Assembly: GCA_964510655.1 (NCBI GenBank)
Contig: CAZEAY010000001.1
Location: forward strand, 164,944 to 228,943
From: an uncultured Candidatus Saccharibacteria bacterium
GTDB lineage: Bacteria; Patescibacteriota; Minisyncoccia; Phycocordibacterales; XYD1-FULL-46-19
Direction: 5' to 3'
Length of the DNA: 64,000 nt
In this document: positions 10,113-16,370 of the stretch, piece by piece
How positions within the stretch are numbered: the stretch's first letter is position 1
How the letters are laid out: each line of letters starts with the position of its first letter
The notes under the pieces: model-generated
Told to the model about the DNA's origin: nothing
Databases searched by the model: none
What the model saw: only the letters and a program-made list of their open reading frames with translations
Made by a program: the position numbers and the translations under genes

Positions 10113-10487
10113 ATGGCTAAAAAAATCTTAATTGTTGACGATGATCCAAATATTACCGATGTTTATTCGATGAAATTTGCGGCTGATGGATATACTGTCG
10201 AGGTGGCTCCTAATACTAAAGAAGGTGAGGGAAAGATTGCCGGGGGCTATATTCCTGATTTGATTTTGTTGGATATCATTATGCCGGGTGATAATGGAAT
10301 TCAACTATTAGAACGTTTAGTTAAAAATCCTGTTTTAGCTAATACTAAAATTGTCATTTTCTCTAACTTAGATCAGCGAGCGGATATCGATGAAGAGATT
10401 GTAAAGAAGATTGCCGGTTACTATCTAAAGGTAAATATGATTCCTTCTGATATGTCTAAGAAAATTGCCGAGGTCTTGGCTGATTAA
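10113..10487 (+). CDS. Single-domain response regulator
   Basis: KILIVDDD, PDLILLDIIMPG..G, YYLK. Confidence 0.9.
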   Translation: MAKKILIVDDDPNITDVYSMKFAADGYTVEVAPNTKEGEGKIAGGYIPDLILLDIIMPGDNGIQLLERLVKNPVLANTKIVIFSNLDQRADIDEEIVKKIAGYYLKVNMIPSDMSKKIAEVLAD

Positions 10488-10537
10488 ATTAAATAAAAAA
10501 AAATATTTTAGAAAACTGAAATCTCTTATAAAAAGAT

Positions 10538-10570
10538 AACCCCCAGATTGCTCAGTGCCGTCTGGGGGTT
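10538..10570 (-). terminator. GC-rich hairpin ending unit C
   Basis: AACCCCCAGA ... TCTGGGGGTT. Confidence 0.65.
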
Positions 10571-10575
10571 TCATA

Positions 10576-11214
10576 TTAGGACTCTTCATGGTCATGAAGC
10601 AGGGTTGATCTTTGGATTGCCCGTTGAATGGCGAGCCAAACTTCTTCCTTGCTGTCCTCGGAGTTTATCGAGTGGAAGTGTTGGGGTAGACGACCGCGCA
10701 GGTGGTCCAACATAGGTACGGTTTGAGTTTGATAGACTGCCCACCGTTTCTCCCATTTTTCGAGGGTGTCGTCTGAACGCCGCTCTTCTCCTTGTTTGCC
10801 TCGATTAAGGCACCTCATCTGTGAGGTCTCTTTCGAAATAACCAGAGAGAGAACGATTGGAGAAAGCATTCTTTCTCGATCAGAATACTCACAAATTCTC
10901 AATGCCTGAAGCACTGTTCGGGGACAGCCGTTTAGAATAACTGTTCCCTTGGTCTTTGCCACTTCATTGAAAACTTGCTCCAAAATGGTTTGGTCGGGTA
11001 TTAAGCCCCCACTGCTCGCTAATTGGACCAAGTCGGGTATGCGTCGACATATGTCGCCAGTTCCGATGTAGTGTGAGCCCTTGGTCCAACTCACCAACTT
11101 CTTCTTCCCATGCTCATCTTTCCCGGCGCCGGGACCACCCTCCAAAATGACGAAGCGGCGCCCAATATTAATTATTGGCGGCGCCTCCACGGTTATCGCT
11201 GTAAAAGATTGCAA
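10576..11214 (-). CDS. adk: Adenylate kinase family protein, divergent (solo unit C)
   Basis: GGPGAGK P-loop, IGTGDICR, GGLIPD, NGCPRT..QA, RRSDD; TTG 11214 lies 7 nt after GAGGTG; TTGACA-16-TAAAAT upstream. Confidence 0.8.
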   Translation of the reverse strand: MQSFTAITVEAPPIINIGRRFVILEGGPGAGKDEHGKKKLVSWTKGSHYIGTGDICRRIPDLVQLASSGGLIPDQTILEQVFNEVAKTKGTVILNGCPRTVLQALRICEYSDRERMLSPIVLSLVISKETSQMRCLNRGKQGEERRSDDTLEKWEKRWAVYQTQTVPMLDHLRGRLPQHFHSINSEDSKEEVWLAIQRAIQRSTLLHDHEES

Positions 11215-11364
11215 TATCCTCCACCTCAACTTTCTGCAAAGATCGTGGGATATAAAATACGGTTATCACCGTATTAGTCCGTTCATTATTTTATCGTTTT
11301 TGAAAAAGTTGTCAAATTTTAATTAGTGAAAATATGGCTTAATGAAGGCGTATAATTAATAGTA

Positions 11365-11563
11365 TGTGGTCACTAATAAAATAATTACCGTCTCTTGTCG
11401 TGGTCAGGAATATTTTACTCGCCGTCGCTCGTAAAATTTCACGAAGCCTCTCGGCACGATTTACTAATCGCCTGCCTCGTGGTTTTGTGTGCTCACAAAA
11501 CATCATTCCGGCTTCCACATATTAAAAAAATCCGAAGCAGTTCGGATTTTTTTAATATGTGGA
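11365..11563 (-). repeat. Multi-hairpin element downstream of tRNA-Ala(TGC)
   Basis: Perfect 23-bp inverted repeat 11514-11563 plus TTTTGTG-tgct-CACAAAA and TTTTAC.CG...CG.TCGTAAAA hairpins. Confidence 0.7.
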
Positions 11564-11630
11564 CCCTAGGAGAATCGGACTCCTATCTCCCGGATGCAAA
11601 CCGGGTGCTCTACCACTAAGCTAAGGGCCC
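11560..11630 (-). tRNA. tRNA-Ala (anticodon TGC)
   Basis: Acceptor GGGCCCT/AGGGTCC with G3:U70; anticodon arm CCCGG-TTTGCAT-CCGGG; T arm AGGAG-TCCGATT-CTCCT; CCA not encoded. Confidence 0.9.
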
Positions 11631-11916
11631 CTAAAACATTTTTTACTAAAAATGTTCGGGCGATCATTTAAATTACTATTTAAATGATTTAGCCAAACAT
11701 TTCTCTGAATACTACCTTAAAATGACTCTAAAATCAAAGAAGAATATTATTTTTTCTTCTCATTATAATGCTCTTTTAAAAAGAGAAATGGAAACCAGAG
11801 TATAAATAGAATGCTTTCTAATTCGAATTTCATTATCTGAATTTAGCAGAGGTAATCTTAAGAAGCAAATTATTTTATAGGGTTTATTTTGCTTTATTGA
11901 TTATTTGAGTAAAATA

Positions 11917-11953
11917 AAGGCCCCTGATGATGTGTTATACCACCAAGGGCCTT
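11917..11953 (-). terminator. Hairpin ending unit D
   Basis: AAGGCCC ... GGGCCTT followed by a T-rich tract on the minus strand. Confidence 0.55.
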
Positions 11954-11961
11954 CTGTGAAG

Positions 11962-12390
11962 TTAAATCATGGATCTGATTTGGATTATATGAGCAGATCT
12001 GCTCAGACGTCCATACCCACAATCAACTTCGATTTTGTCGCCGACTTCGATATGATCGAAAAGTTCCTTGTTGACTTTGGTGTAGATATCCACACTGTCA
12101 ATTTTGAAACCAATTCGATACGATTCTTTGCGGCGCATCGGAACGAGAACTTTTCCGGTGTGAAGATAGATTATGCCAGCAGGGGACACATGCTTATCTT
12201 CAACCACCGTAATGACGGTTCTCCCCCGGTCTATTCCAACAGTATCAACCAGATCGAAGGCGAATAGCGCCAAACCTCCAAGCAGTGCGAGTGTTAACAT
12301 CAGCACCGTTGCGGCTACAAATCGATCTAGTAGTGTCGAGTGGCGTGAAAAAACAGCAATCCAGAGATCATTCCACATGTCTTTAATCAT
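11962..12390 (-). CDS. Hypothetical membrane-anchored protein with beta-rich C-terminus (solo unit D)
   Basis: GGGAGGG before ATG 12390; one TM; TTGACA-17-TATAAT at 12475..12447. Confidence 0.7.
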   Translation of the reverse strand: MIKDMWNDLWIAVFSRHSTLLDRFVAATVLMLTLALLGGLALFAFDLVDTVGIDRGRTVITVVEDKHVSPAGIIYLHTGKVLVPMRRKESYRIGFKIDSVDIYTKVNKELFDHIEVGDKIEVDCGYGRLSRSAHIIQIRSMI

Positions 12391-12446
12391 GGTCAGACCC
12401 TCCCTTGTTTCTTTCGGAGATAGTTTGTGAATTTTCACCTTTTTAG

Positions 12447-12475
12447 ATTATAGCAAATATTTCACTAATTGTCAA
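12447..12475 (-). promoter_or_regulatory. Consensus sigma70 promoter of unit D
   Basis: TTGACA-17 nt-TATAAT with extended TGn. Confidence 0.8.
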
Positions 12476-12566
12476 ATATTCATCTTATAAAAAAGTTTTA
12501 GAAATTTACCCCCCTATTCAGGGTTTGATGCAATAATCTTTGCTCTGCTTTAGTGTAATTTTTTTT

Positions 12567-12740
12567 GTGACCCCACCAGGAGTCTTTCCTTACAGGAACA
12601 GTACAGCTTTCCCATTTGTTCGTTTATCTACTCACAAATATGGGAGAAGCTTTTCGACTTCCGGACGTAAGCAAAGCAGTTTGCTTACTTAAGTTCACTG
12701 AACAAAAATAGCAGCTATTACAGCTGCTATTTTTTACCAG
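12567..12740 (-). repeat. Structured element downstream of tRNA-Ala(GGC), ending in a tRNA-3'-like sequence
   Basis: Hairpins AAAAATAGCAGCT..AGCTGCTATTTTT, GTAAGCAAA-gcag-TTTGCTTAC, AGCTT.TCCCAT..TTTGT..ACAAAT.GGGA.AAGCT; ends GACTCCTGGTGGGGTCAC on minus strand. Confidence 0.65.
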
Positions 12741-12811
12741 TGGACCTACCGGGAGTTGAACCCGGACCTGTTCCATGCCATGGAACCGTTCTACCGCTAT
12801 ACTATAGGCCC
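12741..12811 (-). tRNA. tRNA-Ala (anticodon GGC)
   Basis: Acceptor GGGCCTA/TAGGTCC with G3:U70; GTTCC-ATGGCAT-GGAAC; T arm CCGGG-TTCAACT-CCCGG. Confidence 0.92.
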
Positions 12812-12889
12812 TAAAAATAACAGTATTTACTATAACATATTTATTTAAATTTAAAAGTTTTTAGGGGATCTTTTCTTTTAACTTTTTTC

Positions 12890-12929
12890 TGTCCCAATAG
12901 TTTGGACGACCGTCCAAACTATTGGGACA
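12890..12929. repeat. 40-bp near-perfect palindrome
   Basis: TGTCCCAATAGTTTGGACG-ac-CGTCCAAACTATTGGGACA. Confidence 0.85.
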
Positions 12930-12980
12930 TTTTTAATTAGTAATTTGATAAAGTGTCGTAAATTTGTTAAATTTAACACT

Positions 12981-13211
12981 ATGTTTAAAGAATTTTTAAT
13001 GAAAAAGATGTTGAAGGCTAAGGGGGTGCCAGAGGATCAAATTGATATGGTTATGACTTTGGTGGAAAAAAATCCCGCTTTGTTCACTAAAATATCCGAA
13101 GAAATCCAAGCTAAAATAAAAGGTGGTCAGGATCAGATGCAGGCTAGTATGGAAGTGATGTCTAAGTATAAAGATGAGGTACAGAAGATAATGGCTGAGA
13201 TAAAACAATAA
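12981..13211 (+). CDS. Small helical hypothetical protein
   Basis: MFKEFLMKKML..GVP..QI....EKNP.LF.KI; native AT-rich codon style; abuts ychF. Confidence 0.75.
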   Translation: MFKEFLMKKMLKAKGVPEDQIDMVMTLVEKNPALFTKISEEIQAKIKGGQDQMQASMEVMSKYKDEVQKIMAEIKQ

Positions 13212-13215
13212 TTCT

Positions 13216-14304
13216 ATGTCCTTAAGTATTGGCATTGTCGGGTTACCTAATGTCGGTAAATCCACCCTATTTAATGCGTTAACGCGCAAAAAAGTTCCGG
13301 CGGAGAATTATCCGTTTTGCACCATCGATCCATCGGTGGGTATTGTGGCTGTACCTGATGAACGAGTGGATATATTAAATGTTTTTTCTAAGTCGGCTAA
13401 GAAAATTCCCGCCGCCATTGAATTTGTGGATATTGCTGGTTTAGTCAAAGGAGCCGCCGAAGGCGAAGGTTTGGGTAACAAGTTTCTGTCTCATATTCGT
13501 GAGGTAGATGCTATCGCTGAAGTAGTTAGAATTTTCAAGGACGGAAATATTACTCATGTTTCCAATGAAGTAAATCCTATTGACGATATTGAGACTATCA
13601 ATCTGGAGCTTATCTTGGCTGACTTACAAACTGTTTCAAAACGTTTGGCTAATCTCTCTCATGACACTAAGAGGGGAGATAAAAAGGCAATGTTGGAAAG
13701 TGAATTTACTGCTCGTCTCCAAAAAGTTTTAGAGGAGGGAAAGATGGCTTCTACGATAAAAGATGAATTAACTGATGATGAAAAAATATATTTTCACAAT
13801 TTACATCTATTGTCCGGTAAGCCGATTTTATATGTATTGAATAAAAAAAGTGGAGCAGAACTGGTAGATACTGCACCCCTACTGAAATACTTAGCTGATT
13901 TAGGCGCCAATTACTGTTATGTTGATGCTCGAATTGAGCAGGAATTGTCTGATTTTGAAGGTGAAGAAAGAAAAATGTTTAAGGCTGAACTGGGGGCGAC
14001 CGATGATGATGGAATTGATAAATTGATCACAGAAAGCTATAAGATGCTCGATCTAATTACTTTTTTAACAACAGGAGAGGATGAAACGCGGGCTTGGACT
14101 ATTAAAAAAGGCTCGACGGCACCAGTAGCTGGGGGAGCGATTCATACAGATTTTACGGAAAAATTTATTAAAGCAGAAGTAGTTTTTTGGAAAGATTTAA
14201 TTGAAGCTGGATCGTATGGTTCGGCTCGTGAAAAAGGTTTGGTTCGAACAGAAGGAAAAGAATACATAGTTAAAGATGGGGACGTTATAGAGTTTAAGAT
14301 TTAA
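13216..14304 (+). CDS. ychF: Redox-regulated ATPase YchF
   Basis: GIVGLPNVGKSTLFNALT, NYPFCTI, DIAGLVKGA..GEGLGNKFL, C-terminal TGS domain. Confidence 0.97.
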   Translation: MSLSIGIVGLPNVGKSTLFNALTRKKVPAENYPFCTIDPSVGIVAVPDERVDILNVFSKSAKKIPAAIEFVDIAGLVKGAAEGEGLGNKFLSHIREVDAIAEVVRIFKDGNITHVSNEVNPIDDIETINLELILADLQTVSKRLANLSHDTKRGDKKAMLESEFTARLQKVLEEGKMASTIKDELTDDEKIYFHNLHLLSGKPILYVLNKKSGAELVDTAPLLKYLADLGANYCYVDARIEQELSDFEGEERKMFKAELGATDDDGIDKLITESYKMLDLITFLTTGEDETRAWTIKKGSTAPVAGGAIHTDFTEKFIKAEVVFWKDLIEAGSYGSAREKGLVRTEGKEYIVKDGDVIEFKI

Positions 14305-14362
14305 ATTATTGACTTTTATCATATAAGTGATATAATTAAAAATAGATTGGAGTCAACTCACC

Positions 14363-14641
14363 ATGGATAAAAACTCGAAATGGATGGCTATTTCGGGAAT
14401 TACTGGACTATCATTCTTTTTGATCGCAAACTTTACGAATGTCTTCACGGGTTCAAGTGTTCTCGCGGGTTGTCTACAACTTTGTGTGAATGCATTTGTG
14501 TTCGTGACTTGGAAGAAATCATTCGTACAAAGTAGAGGGTTCAAAAAGTTTGTTGCATTCTTTGGAATTGTAGTGCCGTGTGTCATGGCAAGCATTACAA
14601 TCTGGAGAGTGCTGATTCCAGCCATTCTTCGTCTAGATTAA
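14363..14641 (+). CDS. Hypothetical 3-TM protein (solo unit E)
   Basis: TTGACT-16-TATAAT at 14309-14336; GGAG upstream; hairpin after stop. Confidence 0.65.
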   Translation: MDKNSKWMAISGITGLSFFLIANFTNVFTGSSVLAGCLQLCVNAFVFVTWKKSFVQSRGFKKFVAFFGIVVPCVMASITIWRVLIPAILRLD

Positions 14642-14678
14642 CCCCGCAAAATCTCAAAGTAGATTTGTGGGGTTTTTG
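14640..14678 (+). terminator. Terminator of unit E
   Basis: AACCCCGCAAA.TCT ... AGATTTGTGGGGTT then T tract. Confidence 0.7.
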
Positions 14679-14750
14679 TTTTTTAGTTTCTTATCTAAAA
14701 TTTTGACAAATAGTATTATGGATAGTGATTAATTCCAATATTTAAAAAAA

Positions 14751-14780
14751 CAGACCCCTTTGCTGAAGCATTGGGGTCTG
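14751..14780 (-). terminator. Terminator of upp (unit F)
   Basis: CAGACCCC ... GGGGTCTG with T7 tract on the minus strand. Confidence 0.75.
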
Positions 14781-14798
14781 AAGAAGGTTCAGTGGTGG

Positions 14799-15437
14799 TC
14801 ATTTGGTGCCGAACACACGGTCTCCTGCATCTCCCAGACCAGGGAGAATGTAGGCCTGTTCGTTCAGTTTGCGATCAATGGTTGCAGCAATGATCTGAAC
14901 AGAGGGATAAGTGCTTTGAATCTCCTTGATTCCCTCAGGCGCTGCGATAATGCAGAGGAAGGTGATTTTTTTGCACCCCCATTCTGCTACTTGCGAGATC
15001 GCGCTCTTGGCTGAGCCGCCGGTAGCCAGCATGATGTCGAAAATCAGCGAGTGATGATTATCGAGCACCCGTTCGACTGTCGGTTGTGGATAGTAGCGTT
15101 GGGGTTGGTGTCCATTGGCATCATCACGGAACATGCCGAGATGATACACTGGGGATTCTGGGAAGAGGATTCTTGCTGGTGGAATCATTTCCATTCCCGC
15201 ACGCATGATTGGTATCAGGGCGATGTTTTCCGCTACCCGATACCCATCTGTCACCTCCAGAGGTGTTTCCACCTGTCCAGTTTGGATCTCGATATAGCGC
15301 AGAGCTTCGAAAAGTAACGGGACGCTGATTTCGCGGATCAGATGGGCAAAACGGTCAGAGGGCGTGTCTTTGTTTCGCAGTGCGGTCAGCATGAGTTGAA
15401 TTGCCCTGTGCCCAGAGAGATTAATCACGCGATTCAT
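14799..15437 (-). CDS. upp: Uracil phosphoribosyltransferase (solo unit F)
   Basis: LRNKDT...F, VETPL, PIMRAG, D.MLATGGS, AAPEGI, YILPGLGDAGDRVFGTK; GGAAGGAG upstream. Confidence 0.95.
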   Translation of the reverse strand: MNRVINLSGHRAIQLMLTALRNKDTPSDRFAHLIREISVPLLFEALRYIEIQTGQVETPLEVTDGYRVAENIALIPIMRAGMEMIPPARILFPESPVYHLGMFRDDANGHQPQRYYPQPTVERVLDNHHSLIFDIMLATGGSAKSAISQVAEWGCKKITFLCIIAAPEGIKEIQSTYPSVQIIAATIDRKLNEQAYILPGLGDAGDRVFGTK

Positions 15438-15601
15438 TTTTCACGTGCTCCTTCCAAAAAATATAAAAACCTAAGTGGTTCCGTTTAAAACCCTAACATA
15501 TAAGGGTAAGGGTTTCCAGTTTCATAAATCAAAAAATGAAGAATCTTCCTTTTTCCCTTATTTAAGATTATTATATTTAGTATATTAGCTAATTTAATTA
15601 T

Positions 15602-16177
15602 ATGGACCAACTAGACGGCATTAAGCCACGAAAAAACTTCAATGTTTTGAAATGGCTTCTAATTATTAGTATTGTTATTGTTTTGAACCTGTTTTTTAAT
15701 TTTGCGATTATGTCGGTTTATCCGGCTCCTAAATATGAAGATTTTTGTAAAGCTGAACAGGTAAACGTTCAACCGGTCACTAAAGAAGCTTGTGTGGTCA
15801 TTGGTGGGCAGTGGAATGAATCATCTTCGGTGGAAAAAGTTGTTCCTGAAAGAGCCAGTGAACCACAAAAACTCCAAACCAATAGTTATTGTGATACCTC
15901 TTTTACTTGTCGGAAAAACTTTGAAGACGCTAATAATACTTATCAAAGAAATGTTTTTGTTGCCCTGATTGTCTTAGGTGTTATTTCTCTGATTGGCGGA
16001 TTTGTCTTGGCTTCTGTTTCTGTGGTTTCTCTTGGCCTCTCTTTTGGCGGTGTCTTATCCCTAGTAATTGCTTCAATGCGTTACTGGTCAGCGATGAATG
16101 AATATATTAGAGTGATCATTTTGGGAATTGCTCTGATTGTTCTGATCTGGATCGGCATGAAAAAATTTAAGGACTAG
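15602..16177 (+). CDS. Hypothetical 4-TM protein with Cys-containing external loop
   Basis: TM - P.YEDFC..C...GG.W..C...C - 3 TM. Confidence 0.8.
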   Translation: MDQLDGIKPRKNFNVLKWLLIISIVIVLNLFFNFAIMSVYPAPKYEDFCKAEQVNVQPVTKEACVVIGGQWNESSSVEKVVPERASEPQKLQTNSYCDTSFTCRKNFEDANNTYQRNVFVALIVLGVISLIGGFVLASVSVVSLGLSFGGVLSLVIASMRYWSAMNEYIRVIILGIALIVLIWIGMKKFKD

Positions 16178-16181
16178 AGGT

Positions 16182-16285
16182 AATAAAGAATAGAGAATAA
16201 AGAATTTAGAATAAAAAAACCCGGAAGAACTCCTTCCGGGTTTTTTTGGTTAATTTTTATGTTCTATATTCTTTATTCTATGATC
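16182..16285. repeat. Heptamer-repeat arms around a terminator hairpin
   Basis: AATAAAG AATAGAG AATAAAG AATTTAG ... CCCGGAAG/TTCCGGG ... GTTCTAT ATTCTTT ATTCTAT. Confidence 0.65.
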
Positions 16286-16370
16286 CTGTTTTATGTCTAG
16301 CCATACTGGTTTTTTTGTTGTAATATACAAGAATACTTTTTAACTTATTAAGTTTTATTTAACAGGATAA

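Noticed and set aside
11395-11619. 74-aa ORF on the + strand
   Set aside because: Runs antisense through tRNA-Ala and its hairpin element
11905-12267. 120-aa + strand ORF
   Set aside because: Antisense to unit D, which has the promoter, SD and hairpin
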